45,222 nucleotides of DNA from a virus (taxonomy: Duplodnaviria > Caudoviricetes): IMG/VR virus record IMGVR_UViG_3300020045_004499, positions 1 through 45,222 of that record. One strand, given 5' to 3'. Positions within the stretch are counted from its first letter, which is position 1. Every line of letters starts with the position of its first letter. Made by a program: the position numbers and the translations under genes. The notes under the pieces are model-generated. The model was given only the letters and a program-made list of their open reading frames with translations. It made no database searches and was not told where the DNA came from. This document shows, piece after piece, positions 24,798 to 35,066 of the stretch.

Positions 24798-27707
24798 CTA
24801 TGATTCTGCGGGTGCCGCTAGAGCCCCGGCAAAGATCCTTGTCCATTCTTCGCGGTATCCCTCTATGCCGGTCTGTAAAGCAGACGTGATCTCTGGCATC
24901 AATTTAAGCCGGATATCCTGACGGGAAAATTCTCCGTCAATTTCGCAGGTAATGCTGATCGTAGGAGAGAACGTCACGTTTTCAATGAATACGCCCTCCG
25001 ACGACACGGCCGAGACCATTGACGAAAGATCGGAATATCCCGAGTCTGAGCCATCTGCGATGATCGGAACCTCGGGCGAGATGTCTGGAATGTCCATCCC
25101 AAATTCGGAAGCGCCCATGAACGGCTGACTCGCCCCTTCCCACTGATCAACAAGCCAGTGAGCCGTAAGGCTCATGCTCTCGCGCAGTAGTTCACCGAGG
25201 CTCTGGATTGCGGTTACGACCGGCTGAAAGTTGATGATAGATCCGTCAGCGCCGGGAACACCACCGAGCGCGGCAATCTGTGCATCCATCTCCGCGCGCA
25301 TCTTAGTGATCAGCGGGATCAGGGTGGCGAATGCTTGATTCACGACGACCGTGTTATCTTCGTTGTTTCCTGCGAACGCCAGAGCATTCTTCTGCCAATC
25401 CGCAAAGGTTTGGTCGATCACCGCCCTTGCTGACATCAGGCTAGCAAGACTGCCCGCGTCACGCTTGTTGAAAAGGTCCGCGATTGAGGCCCATACGGCC
25501 TCTTGGGACTTGACGATCTGGTTCGCTGCGCGTCGTCCGGCGCCGATGCCGTTGAACCACCCCACAGCAATCTCGGCCGCCTGAAAATAACCGCCGATGT
25601 TTGCACCGGATAGCGCCCCGCCCATCGGGCCACTGCCACTGCCGCCTCCACTGCCCCCGCCGCCGCCGAATATACCGCCCAGGATTCCGCCGCCGCCCTG
25701 TCCACCACCGCCACCGCCTTGACCGCCGAAAATAATTCTGCCGAGTTGGCCTCCGAGTCCAGCCGCTGACCTCAATGCGGGCTCAATGAACCCTGAGATA
25801 AACGCCGAAAGCAGCGACTTGGCGGTGTCCTTCAGGATGTCAACCATGCCCTTCCATCCGAAGTCCCATTCGACAATCATGTCGGCGATGGTGTCCGAGA
25901 ACCGGCTGGCAATGTTGCCGATTGCGGTCTCCCACGCGCGGGACATTCCAGTCGCGCTCTTCTTGCTCTGCGCCTCCGCGTCCTTCATGTCGGCTATAAT
26001 TTGGTCGTAGGCTTCCTCGTTGACCCTGCTCGCCTCATCCGCCGTTCCACGATTGGCGATGTTGATGAGGTCTTGCATATCGCGGTTGGAGTTTTTGATC
26101 CGCTCGAAGCGGTCGATAGTGTCGCGCGCGATCCGGTCGTTAGCCGATTCTGCGGCCTTAACCTCATCTTCAATCCCGTCTTGAATGTCCTTCTGTGTTT
26201 CCTTCGCCATTCTTGACATGGCGGACGACATACTGATCGCTGCCATCTGCTGCTTATGGAGTAATTCTGCGGTCTCCTTAGCAGCCTTGCCTTGATCGAC
26301 GATCGCCCCAGTCAATGCGATGACGCTCTTTTTGACTTGAGGCTGTGCCTTGTCAAGGCCGTAGTATTCACGAGTCAGCTTAGCTACTTCCTGTTCCAGT
26401 TGCTGCGTCGTCTTTCCTGCGCGGTCTACGGTGATGCCGTGGTCCTTGAGAAACTGTATGTTCCGTTCGAGCCCAGCGGAATTCTTGGCAAGAGCGGAAT
26501 CAGTCTCAGCCATCAAGCCGCGCCAACGGGCGATCTTGTTAGCCAGCGCATCAATTAGGCCGGTAGCTTCAGCAATTTTGTATGTCAGGGTGACAAGGGC
26601 TGCCGCTGCGACGATGATGACACCAACAAGGCCAGCAGTTCCAAGTGAAGCGATGGCACCTGCGGCGCTGACCTGCATGGCAATCAACGCGGCTTGGATC
26701 GAATGGAGGCCAGCGACGAGCTTAGGTGCGACGAGGATTATTGCCGAGACGGATTGAGCCAACTGGCCAAAGATGAAAAGAGCCGGTCCAGCGGCGGCGA
26801 CCAATCCGCCCATGACAACGATCGCAGCCTTTGTTCCGTCGCTCAGTCCGTCCATCCTAACGCGGATACCATGCAGTACTTCGCCGAGCTTCGACAGTGG
26901 GCCTTTCAGCGCGTTATTGAGCCCCTCTGTGAGTTCCCCAGCAATGAACTTTGTCTCGTCCTTGATGGTCGAGAACAGCCCCATGAGCGTCTGAGAGTTC
27001 TTGACCATCTGGCCAGCGAACTTCTCGCCCATTCCCTCCTGAAGCGCACGAATCGCCTTATCTGCCGGGACGACTCCCTTTTCGACCATGTCGCGGAGCT
27101 TCGACTCCGCGATGCCGAACTTTTGCGCGAGGATTGCCCACGCTGGGATACCAACTTCAGTAAGCTGGTTCATTTCCTGCGTTGCAACCTTGCCGCGCCC
27201 TTGCATCTGTCCGAGAGCTAACGTCACACGGTCTATTTCCGCAGCACCGCCACCGAGACCGGCAACGGCATCGCCTACGGAAGTCAGGAGAGGCCGAACG
27301 TCCTTTGCGGCGAAGCCCATAGCCATGAGCCGCTGAGATGCGCGGACGAGGTCTTCAAACTCGAATGGCGTCTTGGCCGCAAAGTCTTTCAGTTCAGACA
27401 GGAATGCCGCGGCCTTTTTGCCGTCACCAAGCATGCCCGTGAACGCAATCTGCGCCCGCTCCTGCATCGAATTGAACGCGAGGCCGACTCCAGCGATAGC
27501 AGCAATTGGAGCGGTAAAGGCAACCGTGAGAACCTTACCTGCAGACGTCGCGGCTTTCCCCATGTCTGAAAGCACCGACGCGGTCGGCTTTAGCGTTTTC
27601 TGCAGCTCGGTCGCTTCACGCTGGGCAGCACGTATGCCCTTGTTGAAGTCGTCAGCCTGCAGCCGAAGTTGGACGTTCAGATATTTGAGAACGCTGCCGC
27701 TTGCCAT
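24798..27707 (-). CDS. tape measure protein
   Basis: 969 aa, Ala/Gly-rich; FAAKTPFEF, VGDAVAGLG, ALGQMQGRGKV..QEMNQL. Confidence 0.96.
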   Translation of the reverse strand: MASGSVLKYLNVQLRLQADDFNKGIRAAQREATELQKTLKPTASVLSDMGKAATSAGKVLTVAFTAPIAAIAGVGLAFNSMQERAQIAFTGMLGDGKKAAAFLSELKDFAAKTPFEFEDLVRASQRLMAMGFAAKDVRPLLTSVGDAVAGLGGGAAEIDRVTLALGQMQGRGKVATQEMNQLTEVGIPAWAILAQKFGIAESKLRDMVEKGVVPADKAIRALQEGMGEKFAGQMVKNSQTLMGLFSTIKDETKFIAGELTEGLNNALKGPLSKLGEVLHGIRVRMDGLSDGTKAAIVVMGGLVAAAGPALFIFGQLAQSVSAIILVAPKLVAGLHSIQAALIAMQVSAAGAIASLGTAGLVGVIIVAAAALVTLTYKIAEATGLIDALANKIARWRGLMAETDSALAKNSAGLERNIQFLKDHGITVDRAGKTTQQLEQEVAKLTREYYGLDKAQPQVKKSVIALTGAIVDQGKAAKETAELLHKQQMAAISMSSAMSRMAKETQKDIQDGIEDEVKAAESANDRIARDTIDRFERIKNSNRDMQDLINIANRGTADEASRVNEEAYDQIIADMKDAEAQSKKSATGMSRAWETAIGNIASRFSDTIADMIVEWDFGWKGMVDILKDTAKSLLSAFISGFIEPALRSAAGLGGQLGRIIFGGQGGGGGGQGGGGILGGIFGGGGGSGGGSGSGPMGGALSGANIGGYFQAAEIAVGWFNGIGAGRRAANQIVKSQEAVWASIADLFNKRDAGSLASLMSARAVIDQTFADWQKNALAFAGNNEDNTVVVNQAFATLIPLITKMRAEMDAQIAALGGVPGADGSIINFQPVVTAIQSLGELLRESMSLTAHWLVDQWEGASQPFMGASEFGMDIPDISPEVPIIADGSDSGYSDLSSMVSAVSSEGVFIENVTFSPTISITCEIDGEFSRQDIRLKLMPEITSALQTGIEGYREEWTRIFAGALAAPAES

Positions 27708-28115
27708 TTATCCTCGCCTCTTCGCGAATTCGCTTTCTATGCCGTCGCCGAGTTCGTCGCCGATGATCGACAAAGCCTCTTCCTTCCTGCTATCAAACGC
27801 TGGACTAAGCCACGGCTGCGCGGTTTGATGCGCCGTTCCAGTCTCCGAGAAGATGCCGACGAAACCGCCGCTACTTGGCCCGATCACGGCGACAGCACCG
27901 TCCGCCGTTTGCTCTCGAACTTGGACCTTGACTGAAACCTCAATCCGCGAACCTGGAGTTTCGGGGTCGTCAGGCGCATTCCTCGCAGCCTCTTCCCGGA
28001 TCGGCTCGCCACCTTTGCGTAGTGAGCGCACGATCAAGGTTTTCTGCAACACGAGCGGCAGGGCCTCCATGCTTTTCAGCAGGTCGTTCATCCCCTCAAT
28101 GGTTTCTTCGGGCAT
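27708..28115 (-). CDS. HK97 gp10-like tail component
   Basis: IEGMNDL...A..NAP...F.ETGT.H..AQPWL.PAFD. Confidence 0.88.
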   Translation of the reverse strand: MPEETIEGMNDLLKSMEALPLVLQKTLIVRSLRKGGEPIREEAARNAPDDPETPGSRIEVSVKVQVREQTADGAVAVIGPSSGGFVGIFSETGTAHQTAQPWLSPAFDSRKEEALSIIGDELGDGIESEFAKRRG

Positions 28116-28673
28116 GTCTCATCTTCTTTGGCGCGAGCGATAACAAAACGGCCTTCATCTCGGCTGGAGTTTGCTGCCGTGGCATGGCTTTTGCCGATTC
28201 CGCGACTTCTGACGGCTGCGAATCAAGACGCAGCAAGGCCAGCCAGCCACCGAACTCTTCGGCGCTCATTCGCTCCAGCATCTCCTCGCGGATCATGTGC
28301 AGTTTCTCAGCCAGCCGAAACGTCAGGAGACGTATGGGCTGGCTTGTGAGTTTTTTGCGGCATCCTCCGGGCTTTCACCGATGCGATTGAACGCAGTGAT
28401 TTCCTGATTCAGCCGGATCAATCCCGAGAAACTGTATGACAGAATCTCGGCGACATCCTCGGCAGAATCAGAAAACAAGCGCTCTCCCGTTCCGGGATCG
28501 ACGATAGACGCCACCGCAGACTTTGCCAGTGCAGTCTTTTCGTCGATTCCTTCTTGACTTACCACCTGGGCAGCGGACAACTGCCGAATGGTCAAATCCA
28601 TCCCCCATTCGGGGACGGAGATAGCCTTCGTCTTCGGCATTGCCGCCGCCCTCAGTGCTTCTCTGGGTGTCAT
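28096..28673 (-). CDS. tail assembly chaperone G (28323..28673) and frameshifted GT (ending 28096)
   Basis: VPEWG...IRQLS in G. The -1 frame continues KLTSQPIRLLTFRLAEKLHMIREEML.RMS..EF..W.A. Confidence 0.88.
28350..28356 (-). other. programmed -1 frameshift slippery site A AAA AAC
   Basis: GCA AAA AAC near the end of G; the -1 frame is open to 28096. Confidence 0.85.
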
Positions 28674-28686
28674 TCAGTGGGCTCCT

Positions 28687-29130
28687 TTATGCGTGCGGAT
28701 CTGTCGCGACGATGTCGCCCGTGATGCGCCCCGTCAGCGTCACCTCAATCAGATTGTTGGGCTGGATAGTGCCGAGGTCATAGCCCAGCGGCGTCAACGT
28801 GAAGAACAATGTCTCCGTAGCCGGAGCGTTCAGCACGATCTTGTAGTCGATGTTGTCGCTGCCATCGACCCATCCGCGAATCAGGTCAAGGTTGCCGTTC
28901 GCCGCGCCTGTCGTAAACACGATGGACGCCTGCTTGCCGTTTGCCAGGCCAGATATGTATTCCATCGATGTGGAATCCAGCGTGGTCGAATCCACTTCCG
29001 GCTTATCGACGCCGATGCCGGAAATTGAGCGGATCTGCCCCAGTGCGGCGTAAGCGTCAGGAGACGCGGCGGTGTTCCAGTAGTGCAAGTCCACCGTAGC
29101 GCCAATTTGTGCGTTTGTTACATCAGCCAT
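28687..29130 (-). CDS. major tail (tube) protein
   Basis: I.SISG.......VD.TTLDS...EYI.GL..G; GGAGG RBS before ATG 29130. Confidence 0.9.
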   Translation of the reverse strand: MADVTNAQIGATVDLHYWNTAASPDAYAALGQIRSISGIGVDKPEVDSTTLDSTSMEYISGLANGKQASIVFTTGAANGNLDLIRGWVDGSDNIDYKIVLNAPATETLFFTLTPLGYDLGTIQPNNLIEVTLTGRITGDIVATDPHA

Positions 29131-29158
29131 TTGCGAAACCTCCCAGAATGCGGCCAAC

Positions 29159-29184
29159 AAAAAAGCCGCCCGGTTATGGGCGGC
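29159..29184 (-). terminator. intrinsic terminator inside the late operon, upstream of the major tail gene
   Basis: On the - strand, GCCGCCC-ATAACC-GGGCGGC-TTTTTT. Confidence 0.75.
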
Positions 29185-29220
29185 CTCAGTTGCCGTTGAT
29201 TGCGTTGTTGAAAGAGCTAA

Positions 29221-29652
29221 CTAGTGGACGGGAACCTCTTCATGAGACCAGATGTCGAAATCGCGGATAACCTGCCATGTGCCGGTGCGGTCGTCATAGG
29301 CCTCGAAGAGTCCAGCGGCAAAGGTTCCCTGGATGGTCACCGTTGACGACGGAGAGGCTCCGTCTGACACCGACCCCTTGAAATCCGCCATGGCCAGCCG
29401 AACAGCTTCGGCAAGCGATGCCGCCGCGCCGTAATTTGCCTTCGTACAGCAGAACACGCGGACCGTTGACGACCGTAGGCCGTTGCTGGCATCGAGGCTA
29501 ACTATGCTGTCCTCGCCAGCAAGCCTGTATGCGATTGCCGGGTATGTTGTCGTTTGCGGCAAGACTCCCGCTGTAATCCGCGTCCCAACTATTGCTGTGA
29601 CCCCTGCATTCGTCGCAAGAACGCGGTAGATGGCCTGGTCAAGTCTCAGCAT
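29221..29652 (-). CDS. tail terminator / tail completion protein (DUF3168-like)
   Basis: IY..L.....V.A.VG.RI....LPQ...YPAI.Y, A..LAEAVR.A. Confidence 0.88.
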   Translation of the reverse strand: MLRLDQAIYRVLATNAGVTAIVGTRITAGVLPQTTTYPAIAYRLAGEDSIVSLDASNGLRSSTVRVFCCTKANYGAAASLAEAVRLAMADFKGSVSDGASPSSTVTIQGTFAAGLFEAYDDRTGTWQVIRDFDIWSHEEVPVH

Positions 29653-29996
29653 CAGATGACCTCTACCGCCTCAATCCACAGTTCAAAGCGTTTCCCGTCC
29701 ACCGGCATCGGCTGAAAGATGTCGAAAGTCCTGAAATCAGTCGGCGATTCGTTCGGATCAAACGCGAACACGATACGATGCGTACCGGCCGCAATCCCGT
29801 GGCGGTAACGGATACGGAACCGCGCAGTAGCTTCGGCATGTCGCTTTGCAGCCGAAGGGAACTCCGTAGACCCCAACGGCCCGAATGCGGCGTGAACGTC
29901 AAAGGCATCCGTCCATGTTTCGGTGACACTGCCCATCTCGTTCGTTTCCGTTTTGACCTGAAACGTCACGAGATGCCGAAGGCTACCGGCTCGCAA
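29652..29996 (-). CDS. head closure protein (SPP1 gp16-like)
   Basis: RAG.LRH.VTFQ......G.....W......A, RFRIRYR. Confidence 0.9.
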   Translation of the reverse strand: MRAGSLRHLVTFQVKTETNEMGSVTETWTDAFDVHAAFGPLGSTEFPSAAKRHAEATARFRIRYRHGIAAGTHRIVFAFDPNESPTDFRTFDIFQPMPVDGKRFELWIEAVEVI

Positions 29997-30669
29997 GTTC
30001 GACCCCTAGCAGCGCGACAAACCCGGCCGGTAGATTCGATAGATCCTTTGTCGGCCTACCCCATCGGTCGAGCTGTCTCGATGCGTTGCTCTGCTCCGAG
30101 TGCGCCCTCGCAACCATTAAGCCAGCAGAATCAACCGCGTGAAGTTCGCCAGCCTTGACGGCCTCGGCGACGAAGGAGTTATCGCTGGCAATCGCCTTCT
30201 TCACGTCAAACGGGTGATTCATCCAGAATTCTCGCGTATAGCAGAGTGAGGTTCCCAGCGCATAGCTCCCGACGTGCATGTGGTAATTCACCGTTTCGCC
30301 GGTGCGTTCATCGTAGAACCACATCCACTTGTAGCCAGTGACCGCCTTGCCGTGCTCTTGATGCCGCGCCACCTGCTCAGCCATCCGCTCCGGCGCACTC
30401 CAGTCATCGGAGTCGAAGTGCATGATCAACTGTCCTGACGTGAGCGCGTTGACAGCGTTGCGCTTTGCTGGAATCGTCATCCTGGTAGCAGCCAAGTGAT
30501 AGCGCACGCCGGAATAGAACGGCTCCTGCGGAAAGCTACGGTCGTCGATGTCGTCTAGGATCACGAGTTCCTTATCCGCATACGCCTGAGACAGGAAACA
30601 CTCCAGCGCTTGAGCCGCAAGCACACGACGGCCCCGAGTCGGCATCACTGCCGAAACCTTGATACTCAT
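29983..30669 (-). CDS. glycosyltransferase family 2
   Basis: VSAVMPT.GR, FLSQ.Y..KELVILDD, KRN, HFDSDDW..P.R. Confidence 0.92.
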   Translation of the reverse strand: MSIKVSAVMPTRGRRVLAAQALECFLSQAYADKELVILDDIDDRSFPQEPFYSGVRYHLAATRMTIPAKRNAVNALTSGQLIMHFDSDDWSAPERMAEQVARHQEHGKAVTGYKWMWFYDERTGETVNYHMHVGSYALGTSLCYTREFWMNHPFDVKKAIASDNSFVAEAVKAGELHAVDSAGLMVARAHSEQSNASRQLDRWGRPTKDLSNLPAGFVALLGVELASR

Positions 30670-30671
30670 TT

Positions 30672-31355
30672 TTAGTTGGTGTTGCTGGCGAAGCCCCTAT
30701 GGCTCCAATCAACTTCGATGCCGTTCGCTTCGCATAGTTTCTTCGCGTCAGGGTTCCACTTGCCGCGAGAGATAGAGGAACATATGTATTCGATGGGCCA
30801 TGGCGTCGACTCGCGCATCCATGCCATAACCGTCTTGCGTAGAGCCGTAGCCCAACGACTACCATGAAATTCAAAGTGACTTGCCGTTCCCTGCCCGATA
30901 GCAGGTAGAAGCTCACGGAGAAACTTAGGCTTCCATATCGTTGCCTGACACGAGATTCGGTAACTATCACCGGCAATGCCGATTCTCGGTGAATCTCCAA
31001 AGGCTGTCTCGGCGCCGGGGCATGGATAAACCCGGACAGCACCTGTAAGAGGGGCCGTCTCCAGCGTCAGCAGTGCATCGTCAATGAGTTGATAACGCAC
31101 AGGAGCCGAAATCAGAAAGTCTTCCTGCATCAACAGGAACGGCTCGTCAGCGAACGTCACGTAGTTGGACAACACATCACACCAAGAAGCGCCTTTCCAT
31201 GCCGCCTCGACGTTGATGCCTACCGGAACGCCTGGCGCTGTCTCATCGGTCAGCAGGTCTACCGGCGGATGATCCGGCCAGAACTTCTCCAGCAGCCCGA
31301 AGAATGCTGGCCATGCATCACTGTAGGCGGCGCATGTGATCATTGCGATCTTCAC
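30672..31355 (-). CDS. putative GT-A fold glycosyltransferase
   Basis: TC.AYSD.W..FF.L..KFWPD, LLMQEDF, SCQATIW, FE..G, I.RGKW; a pattern seen in polysaccharide-locus proteins. Confidence 0.65.
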   Translation of the reverse strand: MKIAMITCAAYSDAWPAFFGLLEKFWPDHPPVDLLTDETAPGVPVGINVEAAWKGASWCDVLSNYVTFADEPFLLMQEDFLISAPVRYQLIDDALLTLETAPLTGAVRVYPCPGAETAFGDSPRIGIAGDSYRISCQATIWKPKFLRELLPAIGQGTASHFEFHGSRWATALRKTVMAWMRESTPWPIEYICSSISRGKWNPDAKKLCEANGIEVDWSHRGFASNTN

Positions 31356-32227
31356 ACTGTCAACTTCATCTCCACCGCTTCAGTCATCAACGTGGGCCAC
31401 TTGTCGCGGGTCAAGTAGCGCTCCCAATACTCGCGACCCTTGATTCCCATTTGGATAATCTGCTCATCGCTGTGCGTGTCGATAAACTTTCGGGCGACAT
31501 GCGGAGCGCGGGCGGCTTCCGCCGCAGGGCAGAATATAGCGATCTCGTTCCACGGGATCACGCCTTCCCATGGCAGCACGTAGCCGGAACCGATTAGCAT
31601 TGGAACCCTTGCCGCCGAAATGGCCTCGAAGAAGCGATACGGAAACACGCCTGTTATCGACTCAGGGCATAGCGCGATACGTGACCTCTCCATGCTCAGC
31701 AAGAAGGCCCTGCGCCTGCGAGCCGCCTCGGGGTCGCCTTCCTTGAAGTAGCCGTAGAAGTCTGGATACTCCGCGATGTCTGATTTCAACGCACGGGATT
31801 GTCCGCAAGCGTCAACGGACTGCTGCCTGACAACGCTGGACCGCCAACCGTGGAAGCTAACGTCGAAGTCGAAGCCATGGGAGGCGTCCGCATACGCGCC
31901 GAAATCCTCGACCGGCCACGGCCAACTAATCGTATTGGTATCGAGCTTGTAGTACCAATCCCGAGTATTACATCGGATGATGATGGAAGGCACGTCGTAA
32001 AGGGTCTCATGGTCCGCGCAATGAAAGAAAACGTGTCGATCAGCATGGTCAGTGAAATGCGGCAGGCCCCGAAGGTATTTGCCGCCAAGTAGGTGGATCG
32101 CGCCCGGATAGACGAATACATCGGCGTCCGCCGCGGTCCTAGTGACATCGAAGCCTTCCAGCCTAAGAACGCCGTCAGGCCACTTCCCAAGTCCGCATTC
32201 TTCAGGCCGGTAGACGTACTGACGCAA
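31352..32227 (-). CDS. exostosin-like (GT47) glycosyltransferase
   Basis: ADADVF, FDVSF.G, S...LCP......RFFEA.....P.LI.....LP....I.W. AAGGAG RBS before TTG 32227. Confidence 0.85.
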   Translation of the reverse strand: MRQYVYRPEECGLGKWPDGVLRLEGFDVTRTAADADVFVYPGAIHLLGGKYLRGLPHFTDHADRHVFFHCADHETLYDVPSIIIRCNTRDWYYKLDTNTISWPWPVEDFGAYADASHGFDFDVSFHGWRSSVVRQQSVDACGQSRALKSDIAEYPDFYGYFKEGDPEAARRRRAFLLSMERSRIALCPESITGVFPYRFFEAISAARVPMLIGSGYVLPWEGVIPWNEIAIFCPAAEAARAPHVARKFIDTHSDEQIIQMGIKGREYWERYLTRDKWPTLMTEAVEMKLTV

Positions 32228-33020
32228 GCGTCTCCTTTGCGGCTTCGTATGCTGCGATGTAGGGCGCATAGATCAGCGCCTTGTCTTCCGGGCGCAAGGT
32301 GTAGTTGGTGAGACGCTTGCCATGCTCGTACTCATGAAAGTGGTAGAACACAGCCGGAACGCCGTCGACCTTCGGGCCTTCCGTCAGCTTGTAGTTGGCG
32401 AGGTTCCACGGAGCGAGACCGGCGCCGATGTTCTGGATGACGTAAGCCACGTACTCATCTTCACTTGGCCATTTATCGAGGTACTTCTGATCTCCAAACT
32501 TGCCCGCCTCATTGCGTGCATAGCACCATTCGCGGCATTGCGTAGCCCAGCCAAACGCACAATCCAGCCCGTCAGCCGTACTCTTGAATGTCACCCAGCC
32601 GACGTTGAACAGGCCGTTGCGCTCCAGATACTTCTTCGACGCGATGAAGCGGTGCGGAATAATGCCGATGCTGGCGTCTCTGATCTCAGCGTGAATGGCT
32701 GCCGGATCACTGAAGAAATACAAGTCGGCGTCGAGGTATGTGATTCCCTCGTGCCCCATATATAGCAGCTTCTCGACCCACTGCGACGCCATGAGCCAGC
32801 AGTACTCCTGCCACGTGTGGTCCCTACGCGGCGACTCCCAAAGCCACTGCGTCACCGTTGCGGACTGTAGATTAAGCGCCTTGATCGCCGCTTCCGTTTC
32901 CGCGTCGAGCGCGAGAACGTGAAGCACGAACGGCTCTGACGAATGCCATTTGAGCGATTCGTACATCGCCAACATTCGCGGAAGGTAGTTGATGTCGGTC
33001 AGCGTGGCGTAATGTCTCAT
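32202..33020 (-). CDS. GT-A fold nucleotide-diphospho-sugar transferase (GT8/GT77-like)
   Basis: T..D.NYL, ITYLDADLYFF, FNVGW, FGDQKYLD.W, APWN, FYHFH. Confidence 0.88.
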   Translation of the reverse strand: MRHYATLTDINYLPRMLAMYESLKWHSSEPFVLHVLALDAETEAAIKALNLQSATVTQWLWESPRRDHTWQEYCWLMASQWVEKLLYMGHEGITYLDADLYFFSDPAAIHAEIRDASIGIIPHRFIASKKYLERNGLFNVGWVTFKSTADGLDCAFGWATQCREWCYARNEAGKFGDQKYLDKWPSEDEYVAYVIQNIGAGLAPWNLANYKLTEGPKVDGVPAVFYHFHEYEHGKRLTNYTLRPEDKALIYAPYIAAYEAAKETLASVRLPA

Positions 33021-33379
33021 GCTGGGAACGCGGCCTCATACAGCCTGGACACTTGATCAGGCGTTGGTCGCGAGCGATCCGGCAGCGGATTCTCGCGAAT
33101 GAACCGCTCAGGGTCGCCGCCAGACCACAGGACAAGTTCTCCCGCGGCGTCGAACTGATACCAGAGCCCGTTGCTGCCCTTGATCGGATATCCGACGATG
33201 AACTTCGGGTCACGTGGGTCCACGAACGCGCCGGTCGTAGTCCACGAGTACCACGCCGCCTGCATTTCAGTCAGCGGCTTACCGTCCGCACCGTGCGGGT
33301 AGAACTTCGGCTCTTTGCCTTCTTGCTGCGCGATCGCGCTTTCCGTCTCGTGCGTTTTGAATATGCCGAATGGATTCAT
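33017..33379 (-). CDS. hypothetical protein inside the glycosylation cassette
   Basis: ATGA overlaps at both ends; aromatic-rich. Confidence 0.65.
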   Translation of the reverse strand: MNPFGIFKTHETESAIAQQEGKEPKFYPHGADGKPLTEMQAAWYSWTTTGAFVDPRDPKFIVGYPIKGSNGLWYQFDAAGELVLWSGGDPERFIRENPLPDRSRPTPDQVSRLYEAAFPA

Positions 33380-34035
33380 GCGCTTACCGGGAAAACCGGC
33401 TCCTTTTTCAGCAAATAGGTCCGGTGCGCCAGCCCGTCGGAAGTCTCGAAGATTGTTTCCACGTGGAACACGGACAGCCCCGCGGTTTCGCACATTGCCA
33501 GCAGGTCCGCTTCTGCGAATCTCGTCTCAAGCACCGCCTGCCCGTAGGCTTCCTGCTCGACCTGATGCGTCTTGCCGCCAAGGTCAATCGGCGTCCGGTG
33601 CAGGATCACGTAGCCCGATGATACTCGGGCCAGCTCGCGGATATCGTGAAGCGGGTCAGCCGCGTACATCAAACATGCGCCAGATAGGACGACTGCAAAT
33701 TGCGCGGAGTGATATGGCAGACTTGACGCCATGCCCACGTCGAAACGGAGATATGGGAACGCCTCGGCGGCCATCGCCTTGAAGGAGGCGGATGTGTCTA
33801 GCGCACGGTACTCCATCCATATCCGGCGCCCTGTCAGCTTCAAAGCTTCACCGTAGTGTCCACAGCCGGCACCGACATCAAGAATTGAGCCAGCAGCATC
33901 AGGTATTCTGTCAAGGCACGCAAAGAACTGCTCGTAAGGCGGTACTGGCATCCCCTCAGCTATCCTTGCCAGTTCCGGCCTAACAACGGCCAACTGCTGC
34001 GCCGGGATGCTCGCGTCGTTCCACGCTTCGTTCAC
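33376..34035 (-). CDS. class I SAM-dependent methyltransferase
   Basis: ILDVGAGCGHY, Y.ALD.S, A..LPY....F.VV.SG..L, EL.RVS. Confidence 0.92.
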   Translation of the reverse strand: MNEAWNDASIPAQQLAVVRPELARIAEGMPVPPYEQFFACLDRIPDAAGSILDVGAGCGHYGEALKLTGRRIWMEYRALDTSASFKAMAAEAFPYLRFDVGMASSLPYHSAQFAVVLSGACLMYAADPLHDIRELARVSSGYVILHRTPIDLGGKTHQVEQEAYGQAVLETRFAEADLLAMCETAGLSVFHVETIFETSDGLAHRTYLLKKEPVFPVSA

Positions 34036-35066
34036 AGCATGGCCTTCAGTTCTACGGAAAGAACGCTCATTCTTTCGGTGTATGTGTGGGAGTCCATCGT
34101 TGCCGCTTGGCCGTTTTCTCCACGCTCTTTCCACGAGCCATCAGCGAGAAGGGCCTTGATCTTCACGACGGCGTCTTGCGGGCTCGAATACCGAACTGGC
34201 TCTCCGTATGTGAACAAGTGACCCAGATTCGGCGCATCCTCAGTCAGCACGCAAGCGCCACATCCAGTAGCCTCGAACAGCCGCATGTTGTTCGCCCAGC
34301 CTTGCGCGACTTCGCCGTGACGGTTGAGCACGATCTTCGAGCGCCGTAGAATCTGGTACATGTCGTTGCCGAATGCGGGCCCGTTGTGCTTCGCCCTGAT
34401 GGCGCTGTCCTTCGGTAAAGCCTCGGCGCCGTAGCCCCAAAACTGCGATGTCGGAATCTCGCTGGCAACCGCTTCGAGTACGTCCATTCCGGCCTTCCAG
34501 TGTGACGGCGATCCAACGCCGCCGACGAAGGACATGTCGATGTCGCGAGTACATTCTTCTGTCCGATCCAACGTGATCGGGTCGAAGGCAAGCGGCAAAT
34601 AGACCGGCTTGACGCCGAGTTCGCGGAACTTCTGGACGTAGTGCGGGAACGACGTGAACAGCACCTTGAAAGGCTTGACATGATTCGGCGAAGGCATAGG
34701 GCACGAGCACTGGCCGGCCAGTAGATATTTCTTGCCGAGGATCTCCAGTTCGGCGGGACTGAAGAAGCTCAAGTTCTGGCAGAAGACCACGTCGGGCTTG
34801 AATCGCGCGACCTGCTCAAGTTCGACCGATCTTTGCATAGCGCAACCGTTCTCCTTGGCCCACATCTCCTGCAATGGCCTAGCGTTCCCAATGATGTCGC
34901 AGCACTCCCATCCGAACGGCCTCAGGTTGCGCGAATAGAAGTCTCCGGTCCCGAAGCTGAACTCCAGAAGGCGCTGCAACTCGGCCGCGTAGCCAGCCTC
35001 CGGGCTGAACTGCCAGCGTGAGAGCATCTCCGGATAGTAGGTGTCCACGATGGCTATTCTATGCAT
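34032..35066 (-). CDS. CgeB-like GT-B glycosyltransferase (Glyco_trans_1_2)
   Basis: FKPDVVF.Q, YLPLAFD, DMSFVG, SKIVLNRH, NMRLFEATGCG, HTY..R. Confidence 0.92.
   Translation of the reverse strand: MHRIAIVDTYYPEMLSRWQFSPEAGYAAELQRLLEFSFGTGDFYSRNLRPFGWECCDIIGNARPLQEMWAKENGCAMQRSVELEQVARFKPDVVFCQNLSFFSPAELEILGKKYLLAGQCSCPMPSPNHVKPFKVLFTSFPHYVQKFRELGVKPVYLPLAFDPITLDRTEECTRDIDMSFVGGVGSPSHWKAGMDVLEAVASEIPTSQFWGYGAEALPKDSAIRAKHNGPAFGNDMYQILRRSKIVLNRHGEVAQGWANNMRLFEATGCGACVLTEDAPNLGHLFTYGEPVRYSSPQDAVVKIKALLADGSWKERGENGQAATMDSHTYTERMSVLSVELKAML

Noticed and set aside
28323-28380. Tail chaperone -1 frameshift as a novelty
   Set aside because: Standard feature of long-tailed phages; listed only as a feature.
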